DNA from: Fimbriosthenelais zetlandica
Lineage: Eukaryota
DNA length: 64,000 bases
Assembly: GCA_977030845.1 (NCBI GenBank)
Contig: OZ365111.1
Span: 36,828,001 to 36,892,000 of the forward strand
Direction of reading: 5' to 3'
Shown: piece by piece, positions 15,301-27,400 of the stretch
How the letters are laid out: each line of letters opens with the position of its first letter
How positions within the stretch are numbered: position 1 is the first letter of the stretch
Made by a program: the position numbers and the translations under genes
Notes under the pieces: model-generated
Databases searched by the model: none
What the model was told of the DNA's origin: nothing
The model's input: only the letters and a program-made list of their open reading frames with translations

Positions 15301-18278
15301 AGGATGTGTTGGCGGGGTACATTTTATTGGAGGGTTGAGATAGGAGGTAGGGGAGAAGAGAGAGAGAGAGCTGGGTCTACCCCATATAGACAAGGGAGAA
15401 TATATATACAGCAATGGATGGATGGGGGCTTTGGTTCCGCCCCACTGCCTAAATTCTAAGACATGACCTTTGAAAGGAGGAGTCCAGTGAAAGGGCCAGC
15501 CAACAAAAGGCCAGCCCTAGTCAGGAGCAGAGACTGCGGGTCAGCAAACACGCCGCAGACAGGGGGCAGACAGTGAAGGGTATGCAGCAAATAGTTGTTG
15601 ATGGGTTTCCCCCAGGCCAGGCCCTTGAAATAGGCTAACAGAGAGACAAGTGTACATAGGAGCCGGGTTTGGTCAGTGCTTTGCCGAGACTTAATTCTCG
15701 AAAAGTAAATATGGGCCTGTGTAGTCAGCAGGAGCAAAGAAGGTTTGGGGGGTAAATACGCAGGGCCATGTTTGATCTATTCTAATTTCCCCCCCACCCT
15801 TCTGTTAAAGCAAAAAGTTCCACAATGTACACTAAGTAACCCTCTGATATTATTAATCCCCTAGAGTTGGTTTGGCATTCGCTCACCCTCTGCTTTCACA
15901 ATTATTATAAGCTGAAGGGTTGAATGCACTGTGGCATTTGCAAGGTGAGGAACAGTAAGAATTACCACTGTCCAACATAAGAACATTTATTGTTCAAACA
16001 ATCCTTCCCATTCAGCTTACTGCAGGCGTTCTATACTTCCAACAAATCCAATTGGATTTCTTATTCAGTAGAAATTTGATGATGGTCAATGAATGCATCA
16101 AACGAATACACACTGTAGATCTGTGGAATACCTGGTCCCACTTTTTGAGCCTGATAGTGTGGGGAATATTTTCTATTTGCACAGAGCAAAATGGGTCGGT
16201 ATGTATTTACCAGACTCAACTGTGTAGAGGAACAGTGTCATGACACTTCATAACATGTATATTTTACCTCCGTGAGCATGAATACTACCATATCATCTCA
16301 GTGGAAGAGATTGCATGACTTTATTTCCCCGTTTATGAACATTGAAATGAGCATTATTCAAATTACTTTATTATCAGGCAGCCGGCCATTATGATACACA
16401 TCCCGCATTCTTCTACGCATAAACAGATCCATTCATCAGTGTGATATGCGTCTATTATATCAGATCTAAAACCTTATAGGTATGCATCTATACCAGTCTC
16501 AACACGCTACATGTTCAATGCACTGGTTTCTATGTACAATGGATAGCTCTAGATTGAAGGGTGTAAATACCCAGGTGGGGAGGGTTGTCCAAAGTGTTGC
16601 ATTAGTTATTCGGTGTTAGGTACACACCATTTAAGATAAACAAACTGACCAGGCAAACACACCTGGCTCAGCCTCATGGGTACCACAACAGAATGACCCA
16701 ACACTGGCTTGAAAATAATCACTAGCTCAGCTAGCTAGCCTTCACATTTTATGGGAGGAAAATTACTTGTTTCCAATTATTTCTTTCCAGAGTCTTTAGT
16801 TCAACAAACTAGTTTGTCAAGGCCTGGATAATAAATGCAATGGGCTTGAAACCTCCTCAGAAGTAGCTTAGCAAAAGTCTTATGCAAATATTCGGTATTT
16901 ATAGACCTGCCAGTCTGTTGAGAAAGAAGTGCGGAAAAAACAGTCCTGCGTCTCGACGTTCACGACCTCATTACCGACAGCGGAGGCCTCCAGAACCAGC
17001 CATTAATTAACATAGAAATAATCAATTGTTTGAGGCTAAATCATTAGGGCTAGTTTCAGGTATACCAGCTTTTGTAATTAGCGAGATAACCTTCATCTAA
17101 AACCATGGCAACGGGAGGAGTTGGCATTAATGGTCGCCATCTTGGGCCTGGAGGGAGGATTTGATGGCAATGTGGCATGAGGACGGAGGTTGCCTTGTAA
17201 GATAACTAGCACTGTCATCCATGATTTCAAATATTATGTACGTGGCATGTAAATAGGGCAAATCATATAATTATAGCAAATGTGTGAGTGGTTCATAGTA
17301 TCTAAGAGTAAAATTTTACTCAAGATATTATATATTTAATGCAAGCCTCAGCCTAATAGTTTTAAAGTATGGCATCCTGAAAAACCGGTATATTATGTAT
17401 TAAACATATAGCAAATGTTCATATTTTACATTTCATGTAGGCCAAAAGGTCTCTAGTTAGTTCTAAAGTATGACATCTTGAAGGACTGGTATATTAGTCT
17501 CGACACAACACTGACAGGATGAGTCGATGAACACACCTGTAAGATCTGAATGTCAGTTGGCTTTGATATTCAATACACCGACATGAACCCGAACATTGGT
17601 GAAGGCCTCCTGGAAACCACAAGAATCACTGGCAATCACTCACAGGTCATGGTTACTTCCGGTACTTGTATCTCTTCCATTATCCAATCTCCATCCTCTG
17701 AGCATTGATTGGGCGTATCAGATAAGGGTTCAACATTGATAAGTACTGGTCAAATGATAAGTACCCGAGGACATAGGTTTGGTATGTTTTAAATGCCCGT
17801 CTTTAATTTGTCCCAAATGGGAACATCAATTAAGGTTGATTTGGGCCGGGCCATCACTTGACAGTGATGACTATTGAAATTTTAAGTGACAGCTATTTTT
17901 GGACAACAGCAGGTGTCATCTGTCAAGTGGATATGCTAATTTGAGTAAGGCATAAAGGTCTGCAATCCGAGACAAGTTGACACCAAGTATAAAGAGAGAT
18001 GAAACGGGTCAGATTTGCCATGTTACGTCACCATGTGATGTAACCGATACTTAAAACCATCTTCCCTTTTTGGACTGTTGTTGACAGGAAGCGTTGCCAT
18101 GTTTAGTATGTGCACGCATGCGTGCTGGGGCCCAGGGATTAAGTGTCCACCGGAGCGACACAAAGAAGATAGCGACGGATTGAGACTAAAATCCAGATTG
18201 CCATTCAGCAATCCTAGGGAGGGGTTGTAATCAATCAAGGGCGAGTCTGATTCTAATGTCTTTCCACTTCATGAATCA

Positions 18279-18506
18279 CACGTGGTAAGCCATGTGGTGG
18301 ACGGGTTGCCATAGCGACCTAAGTCGCATCTCGCCTGTTTCAACTTTCCCTGGTGACAAGGTGATATAACCCCCCTGTGCAAGGTCACTCAGACGACCTC
18401 ACCCCGCGACCTTCAACCCCAGAAAGTGACCCTTCAACTTTGACCTCTAACCCTCTGAGTATTTTCCCGCCGAAACTCATCAGAGGCTCGTTATAACAAC
18501 CACGTG
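18279..18506. promoter_or_regulatory. Candidate intronic enhancer (X-box, two E-boxes, nuclear-receptor half sites)
   Basis: CACGTG 18279 and 18501; GTTGCCATAGCGAC 18305-18318; AGGTCA 18382, TGACCC 18427, TGACCT 18441. Confidence 0.4.
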
Positions 18507-20389
18507 GAGTGGCAAAGGACGTGTCCGAATATATCACCAAACTCCATTAGTTTTGAAATGGGAGTTAAACTCTTAACATGCCCGAACGTGCTGATATAAA
18601 TTTATGCTGGGTTGACCATTTTTAAACACCAGTAGGAGATATTATATAAAAAAAAAGAGAAATGTTTGATTGGTGGGTTTTCCACACTGATGAAGAGGCA
18701 GGAAAGCATGACAGCCCTTCTGCTGCCGCCGGTTATAATGACAGAGAAATGTGTTGAACATTTAACAGTTATACGTGGCGCTTGACTTAGAAGTTACAGG
18801 ACTCCCCACACTCTACATGATGATGGTCTTATCAGAGACATCAAATATTATACCGGCCGATATCAGAGCTCAGGTGCAAATCAGACATGTCACTCACGTG
18901 GGAAGATGTCAGAGGGGGAAATAGATATAGGTATTTCACCTATATTTTTATGATGAACCCACTCCCTTTATAAAATATCCAAGCAGAAATTCTGTCATTC
19001 ATTGAATTAATAAAATTCTCAAATGTCATTTCAATTAAAACTTGAGGGGATTTTGTATCTCTGGATGACAATTAATTATATAAACCCATTGTGCCTCAAA
19101 TCAAGATAAATTTGGGGAAAATGGTCCTCCATCCCAGCTGCATGCCATATATAATTCATATATATTGGAGAATGGAGGGTGCAGAAGACCAACACGACTT
19201 TTATGTACGTATGTTGGTAGGAGAAGAGAGAAGCGGGTCAAGAGAACTTTATAACAGCGGGAGATGGCGGCAACAGAATGCAGCTATATAATATGGGGAC
19301 CTCGTGGTCCTGCTGTCATAGCGTTGGGGGAGAGAAAGTGGCGGGAAAGGGCTTTGGAAGTGGGGAAGGGATAGGGGGACTGTGGCAAGGGAGAAAGGGA
19401 AGGGAGCTGTACTTGAAAAAAGGCCATGTGGGAGGAGTGTGAGTGAGAGATTCTAAGAAGACAGGTTAATATATTCACTTTTGGTACCGTCTCCTCCCTC
19501 ACCCCATTTCAATATCGCAATGAACAGTTCTAAGGGTATACATTATGCATGGCTATGGGGGGAGAATATTTTGGAAGTGTGTTTGTTTGGCATTGGGGGT
19601 GGGTGGGGGGTGTATGGGATGCTGATACCCTGATAGAAAATGACAGCGTCCATCTTGAAGGAGGAGTTGGAAGTCCGAGTAAGGAATGTGGTAAATATTT
19701 CAGGCGGCCTGAGGATAAGGGTGTCTATTATTGATGCTTGACACCAACTGTCCCACTCTATATTGGTGCATGTTTGGATGGAGAAAATGGTTCAGGTCAG
19801 CAGTATGGGAAGGTGGCGGGGACACTATAATACATTGTAATGTGTACGCTGACAACAGCCATGGGAGATATTATTACATGATGTTCACAGCATGTAATCT
19901 TTTACTTGACTGTGTAGCTGGGACACTGCATGTCACTCGTAACCGTTTTAGTCGCATGGGTGTAAAAGACTGGGAGCATGGGCCACGGTTGAGTCGGCAA
20001 ATACAAGACAATTCAGCCATAATATCAACTGTATACACATACTATATTCAATTCTGGACAGCCAAACTCCATGTACAGTTGCATATATATATATATTCAG
20101 AATGCATACCATTGGGATAAAGTATTATAGACACCCCTATCAGGGTGACACCACAACCCCCAAGAGAGCCCTATTTACCCCTTTTATCACCCATATTCTG
20201 ATTGACCTATTTTCGAAGGATCGCAGTTTCCCTCGTGACTGAAGGGTGCGTGTGTTGTGTATTGGTTTGGTTCGTCCACCACCAGTCAGATCTGGGGGGA
20301 GGGGGTGATTTTAAAGGCTGAAGGGGATTGAGTGTTGCTGTGCTGATACAGAAACTCTACCAGTATATCTATCTATCTATTGCGAAGCA

Positions 20390-20415
20390 CCCCCACCCCC
20401 ACCCCACCCCACCCC
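20390..20415 (-). other. Potential G-quadruplex, (GGGGT)n on the msi sense strand
   Basis: Five C-runs of 4 or more nt separated by single A on the plus strand; folding not demonstrated. Confidence 0.5.
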
Positions 20416-23315
20416 TCTCTCTCTCGAGTCCTGAATCCCCAATGTAGGTTGGTTGGTTGGTATAGAAGCCGGCCCAGTCTGGATGCCTTTCTCTTTTAGG
20501 GGTATGACTCACGGGACAAAGCTGGCAGATGGATGACTGGATGGAGAAGACTGAAAACATCACTGACAATGCAGGAACTTCACATCCTTACCTCCTCCAT
20601 TTAATTCTCCTCCGAGCCAAGATTCAGCCCCTAGACATAACCCAGTCCACTCCTGACCTTTGGCACTGCTTTGCAAACTCAAAATAATATTCGCTCAAAG
20701 CTGCAGGTTCCCTTCTCAAAAAGATTACGTTTGCTAAGTCAGACATCTCTGCGGTCCTGCCAATGATAACCATCCGTACATATGATCAACCGCTCTCATT
20801 TGACCTCCAATTATCAAATTTGCCAGATTAAAGATGTATGTATACAAATCTGTCACAGGACGTGATTTAAGAACATTGGCTGAGTGAGGGAGTTCTAAAC
20901 AAGCGGGCCAAGGGGGAGGTAACGCGTATAGCCAATGTCTCTTGGAAAAGGTTATAACAACATTGGCAAACTTCCATGTCACTAATTGAGGTAATTGCCC
21001 GAAATTTATGCTTGCTCTTACTTGGCTTCCCACAACTTTGTTTAGTCACGTGTGAGCTGTCATAAATGGATGACAAAAGGTCTGAATATATATAGTTAAA
21101 GGGGTGCATTCATTGCTATCAAAAGCCAATCAGCCCAAATCGGATGCATGGGTCTATTTCCATAGTATACACGCGAGTATTTTTTGGCAAAGGTAATGTA
21201 GATTATAATATATCTGATAGCGTTAATTTGAATACATTCATGAACCAAAGAATTCTAATAGTAATTTTTGCCTTATAATATCATACAATAGGTCGAAAGG
21301 ACATATTGATAGAAAATGATGTCGCAGAACTTAAAAGGGAAGGCAAAAATAGAGGGATAATAATATATAGTATACATGTATAGGAGGCTTTAATCTGGCC
21401 AGGAATAGCCGTTGGCCAGCTTTACATTCTGTGGTGTGGGGTTTAGTACTAAAATATCACCCTCGGCACCCTACAACGATCTGACCTAGATCTCTGGTTA
21501 TGTATGACCAGTCCTAGCTACTGACCAAAGCCTCAGCATGGGGCTGCGGGTTGGTTATGTAGTATCCATCTCCCCATGGGGTTGAAGGTGGACAAGTGAC
21601 CAGAGCCTGTGTTTAAATTAGAGCCTCGACTGGTCAAGGGGGTGGGTGGGGGGTGTTGGCTCAGTGACACGTGATTAAGCGGGTTGGGTGGAATGAAGTG
21701 ACCTTTTTAATGATATATTTGACCCTAGTCTAGAAGTTACCTTGTAGTAGCCTACACTTGGGGTATATCAAAAAGTATTCATTTATTTTGAATTTCAGTT
21801 TTTTAATTTTGAAATATTGGTTCATTACATATATGTGATATTAAGGTCAATATAGTGCTGAATGTGTAATATGCCTGATATTGAGGCCCAAAAATTTGGT
21901 GTAAAAATAATTATTTTGGTATGAAATGCTACTGGATGGGGTATGACCGGAGGGCAATGCAATACATGTGGAAACTGGGTCCAGTCTGCAAGTGCCAGGG
22001 TTAGAGCAGGGCTAAAGGGTAGAGTTGATTTATTATTGCCGAGAGGAATGAGGAACAGACAGGGAGGGGTTAGACAGATAGATAAGTGATAGATTAGGTG
22101 GAGGGACAAGGAATATGATAAGGATTTGAAGCAAGAAGAGATAGGAAAGTATGAGGGGATACTACAGGAAGGGTCTGATAGGAAGAGCAGGGGGGTGGAT
22201 CTGGGATTTGGATAATATGGGAGGGTGCAAACAGACAAAGTGTACTAAACCTGATTGGGGGATATTTGTCTGGGGGTCAAGTGAGGCCAGGGCAGGATAC
22301 AAGCACTCGGAGAGTACCATACGAAATAGGTCTGGCAGTTTGTATTCAAAACACCTTTAATCCATCTGAAAATTCTGAAACCTTCTTGCAAGCATATCGA
22401 ATAACATGTGATATTTGCCAGTTGGAAATAATAGATGATCTGCAATTGAAGACAATGTAAAAGGAGTCGAAAAGTGCAATTGAAAATTGTCTGCAATAAT
22501 TGTGAGATAGCTTATAATATACCCATTCACCACAAACCGATTCCAAATTTCCATAGCATGCTTATAACTATAATATGTATACATGTAGGCCTACAGTCAT
22601 TTTTTCCAATCGTGTAGAAAAGGGGGCAAATGTAGCACCCAGATGGAAAGCCTATAGATATATGTCTGTGGGGAAAAGCCAAGAGGATGTTCACTTCACA
22701 TCCCTTATCTGCCCTTCTTAGCCTAGTTTGATCCTTTTCCATTAACCACAGGGATGGGAGGACAATACAAATATTGTAAGGCCCAACCATGCCAGCATTA
22801 AACTCAAGTACTTGCCCTAAGGTAAGTTGCTTAAGAGTAAAGGGCAAGGATAGTATATTGTAGCAGGCAATGTGTATGTATAGGCCTTAGTATGTAATGT
22901 TCTACCAGCACAATGAAAAATTCATTTAATTTTTTTTTGTGCTCATAAAATTAACTATAATTGGAATCAACGACCTCCACCACCTTACTTAGCCCATTAA
23001 GGTTAATTACTTGACTATAATCCCAGCCGTAGGTGAATAATGAATGAGTTGTGCCTCAAAATTAAAATTAATAAGGTGCGTTTCAAGTTGTGACATGCCT
23101 CTGATTTGCGAGTAATAATAATGACGTTTAGGATATCCCGAAGTTATGCTATTCTGAACCTTGCCTTATTGTGTATTGTTAATTTGGTTATATGCATTGA
23201 AGTGGCTAATCAATTATTCAATTATTGAAAATGTCATTGGATTGTAAGCGCCAGATGATGAGTTGGTTTTGTGCAAGTCTTGGCGATAATACAATGCATT
23301 GTTGTCAGGTTCATG

Positions 23316-23353
23316 TACCATAACATAACACCGATACCATAACATAACACCGA
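23316..23353. repeat. Perfect 19-bp tandem duplication TACCATAACATAACACCGA
   Basis: Direct reading. Confidence 0.9.
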
Positions 23354-23961
23354 TGTTAATCCCAAAATGATGCATTATTACCGAGAAGGGTTACAATGAT
23401 ATAATAGTAATATAAATCCTTATAGCAACTTTACATACCAGGAGGTCGGCAGTAGTAGTGTCATGAAGATCGCCCAACTATCAAAAACAAAGCAAGTCAA
23501 AAACACACATGAACATGGAAACACGTGGCAGAAATGATCACACAACAATATAAAGAAAATCAATCGAATGGCACTAATCTTTGTGGTTGTAATACATTAT
23601 TATATTTAGCACTGTTTGAACACTGTAGAAGTAGCTAAGGCAAAAGCAGCAAGCACCGGGGAGGACTCTTTTTTTGACTTGACACTGGCGTGAATTATTT
23701 AACTTCTTCCAGTTTCACTCTTGATATTTTCTTCCATTCTGACATTTATCTTTTATTTATTCGACTCTAATTGGAAAACTGGAAGCTGGTGTAATGCAAT
23801 AGGACTGGGAACTGGTATTTTCATTACAGTTCTGGAGGGGAGGTGTGTGGGGGTTGGAGGGTGGGGGATTCCTGTGTGGTGCTTGTTCGCATGATAGGTC
23901 AGCCTCACCAGGCCCAGACAGAGCAAGCTGAGTGTGATTGCATTGCTTCCAACGTCATAGT

Positions 23962-23976
23962 GGGTGGGTGGGTGGG
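23962..23976 (+). other. Potential G-quadruplex (GGGT)4
   Basis: Four GGG runs with 1-nt loops; folding not demonstrated. Confidence 0.5.
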
Positions 23977-24339
23977 TGGTTAGGCATAGAAACCAACTGC
24001 AACTCCGAGTATGAGCTTGGGTAAATTATTCCAGCATCCAACATCTTTGTCATTTTCGTCCATTTCAGATAACAGCCAAAGCCGTTCAGAAACAGGAAAG
24101 GAAATCTATAACTCGACACAACTTCAATACCATTATGCTATCTCAGACTTAGCTTTTCCAGAAGCTTAGAACTCAAGCCAACATCAATGGCAAGAAGCAG
24201 TGTACCACACAACCCTAAAGTATCGGGCAAGATAGTAGGAAGTACCATAAGCCCTAAATCGGGACGGGAATATCAGCAGTGACTAATAATCTGGCATCAT
24301 TCCCAGTCCACTCCCGAGTCTACACCTAGAGCACTCTTG

Positions 24340-24413
24340 TGACCTTCACCTATGACCTTGACGACTAGATCTTGACGGATCCTGGCAATCGGTACTCAAG
24401 TCCGTATAAAAAG
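24340..24413 (+). promoter_or_regulatory. Candidate TATA promoter antisense to msi, with a nuclear-receptor element
   Basis: TGACCT-TCACCT-A-TGACCTTGA 24340-24361; TATAAAAAG 24405-24413. Confidence 0.3.
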
Positions 24414-27400
24414 AAGCATCGCCTCATAAATCTGGACCGAGTTCTTCGCGAGCAGCTCCCTTCATAGCACTGCCAGCAATAGGATGTTCCCTCTCCGGGC
24501 TCTGATCCTTGTACAAGTGCCTACAACTAGGACAGAATGATAGGGGTTGGGGCAATGGTCCTTCTGGACACTAGATTATGTATAAACTCTGGTCCTAATC
24601 GCTTAACCATCTTCCCAGTCGCAAGCATGCACACATCTCCCTTCCATGTTTATGTCCCTACTCAATACTCTAATCCTTTGTAATTTTATGGAGACTTCTT
24701 TCTTTGTGTGTCTACCCAAGCGATGGTTGACTGCTTGAATGGGGATAGGGGTGGGCTGGACATTAGCAGGCTGTCCTTGACCATTTGGCGTTGATGCCAA
24801 ATTCCATGAGCTAATCAGTCTGATTTTGGAAAATTACAAATTGCAAATGACCATACTTGAAGCCCAAACTAGGCTTATTTTAAGATTATTAATCTTCAAC
24901 GTTTTGAGTCAACTAGGCAGAGAGACCCTGATTCTTTCTACAGACCATCACTGTTCAAAGAGAGTCGTCTCGGGCTACTCAAAGCCCAACCCCTGGGATG
25001 TTGAAAATTTCCTCTCGGTCTACATCGCCCTAGTAGGAAGGGAAGGAAAGCGTGGGAGCGAGCCCTGCTTTACGACCTTCAAGAATCAAGGTCAATGGCC
25101 TGGAGATGGATGCTTCCTCCAGGGAGTCAACAAGACGAGATAGATAGTTGTAAATATCAACTTTCCCGACTACTAGCCTCTTGGATCTGTCATACTATAT
25201 GTACCCAATCTCAAGGCATCATCCTCATATCAGCGCAAATCAATCGAACGTTCAAAGGAGTGAAGAAGGCAATGTTTTGCTCCTTTTGATGAAGGAGCAG
25301 TGAAGAAAAGAAGGCAGGGTTGCTTGGTTGAACAGCCCTGCATCGTGCCAAGCCAGCAACAGCTCAGAGCCCCTGACACAGAGCCAGTTCGATTAAAGCC
25401 AATGGCAGGAGAAATCATTGCCAATCAGAGTTAAATGGTAGGTTAGCGTGCGCCTAGCATTTGTTAGAGACCTCCACTGTTTTTATTGATGGTCTGCTTG
25501 CTTGCTTGGTACGGTGCTTGTGTAACACTCCAGCAGCAAGCTTCAGCCTCCCCCTCTCAGAATTCAATAGATTCATTGGTGCTGGCGAGGGAGAGAACGA
25601 GCTCACCAGATGCGAGACCTACATTATGAAGTATCCCAGTTACTCCAGGTCTCTTTGTTTCTATGCGAGCAACTCGGGCTATTTGGGTTGCAATGCTTTA
25701 GAGCAGCTGGGCCTGGCTGTATTTACTCATGGTGAATGGGAAGAGAGAAAGGGAGAGATGCAAATGTATGAGAGTGTGTATACAAGTGATTGGTCAGCTG
25801 CTGCAGCAGTACACTGACCATGACTCTAAGCAGCAGTACATCAAGTTGGGTGTCCAGCCTTGGGGCACCAATACAGGCACTGACCAACCTTCTATCCAAC
25901 ACAGGGCCCGCTTGAATGTAATTAGGATTGGGTCCCGGTCACCCGTTTGACCCACATACTGCTCTGCATTATTATGAAGGCAGATCAGTCGAAGCTGTTT
26001 TCCCTATAGATTTCCCAAGCAGGCCAGGGAGCTGTCCTGTCCCAGGGGTCCCTTCTACAGCCTCCCACACCAACCATCCCCTCAGATTCCTTCCAGTCAG
26101 CTCCCTCAAAACACCTGGGTTACATAATACATATTGCTGGAAAGCCTAGAGCACAGAGGGGAATTGGAGAGATGGTGAGTAGGGGAACAGCAACCCAAGG
26201 CTTTGCTTTAGTCTTCTACGCAGCAGCTTTCATCTTGCCCTTGGCCATGTCTAAGGTTCAAAGCTCTGCTATCCTATGGCAGCTGGTGGGTGGTGGTGGT
26301 GTTGGAACAGCCTGGCAGAAGGAAGGAGGGGAGAAGGAGAAGGTGGTGGTGCAGGAGGTGGCATCGACGACTGCTGCTGGAGCAACAGCACTGCTGCATC
26401 AGCCAGGGCAGAAAAACCAGCTGCCTTGCAACACCACCACCACCACCACCACTGCCTCCCATCTCTCTCTCTCTTCCCCCTTTCCCCCTAGAAGCAGCAT
26501 GGGTTGTTGCTGGATTAGAATGCCTCCTGCCAGAAAAGCTCTGGCTGAAGCAAAATCCTGCAGGTACCAGCAGCAGTAGTGAGAGAGAGAAAGAGGGAGA
26601 GAGGGAGAGAGAGATGGATGGATGGAGGAGCCAGGTTGGATCCAATGCAAGTATTGGTCCCAGCGATTGGTAGCAGCGAGGACTGGTTGCTGCATTGATT
26701 TTTTTCCACTGAGAACGGTTCGATCCGCGAACGGGCCCAAAACACAAACAAGGACCCCGGGATCAATCATACTTTGAGTCATTACATTGCAGCTTGATGT
26801 AATGCCAGCACCACAATATTACTTCGCTAGCATCCAGGAACACTAGCATGGGCCTTCATTGGAAAAGCATTGCAATAATATTGCAGCCATCAGCAAAGTC
26901 CTCCCCTTCCCTTAATATATTGCCAATGCTACATGCACTGTGCCTTGCCTCCAAATTCCCCATCATGACAGCTACCTCGGGCACCTATTTTTATACTGAG
27001 ATCAAAGACTTTGCTAGTGGTAGTAAGAGAGGGAAGAGAGAAGAAGAAGCTTAGTCACCATCTGCCCTGACGAGCAAGCAGCAGCTGCAACTGCCATCAG
27101 AGAGCAGATGATTCAAGATCGAAGCAGATGGGGACTTTTCGGTGCTGAATCATGACTATGTCCTATAAGCCCTGTCAGAGATGGAGCATAAATCGCGCGG
27201 ATTATGTCTGTCACGGGGCCTGTTATCCTATATGACACTCTCTGTATGCAAGACTGTCTTTAAAGACAATGTCCCACTCCCGAGCTGCACATCCTTTCCC
27301 CAGCGATGCTGATTTAAAAGACTGGGGTCCTTATCATTAGGTTACAGTATTAATATATGCCTTGGGTAATCGCTGCGAATCAATATGATGATAATCATGA

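Noticed and set aside
17350-17496. Diverged direct repeat about 100 nt apart (AAAGTATG(G/A)CATC(C/T)TGAA...GGTATATTA)
   Set aside because: An old local duplication with no terminal inverted repeats, target-site duplication or coding capacity.
26172-26579. 135-aa plus-strand ORF with a signal-peptide-like N terminus (MVSRGTATQGFALVFYAAAFILPLAMS...)
   Set aside because: Several frames on both strands are open here because of CAG/GGT/CAC repeats. There is no recognisable domain, dibasic-site pattern or splice support, so it cannot be called without RNA data.
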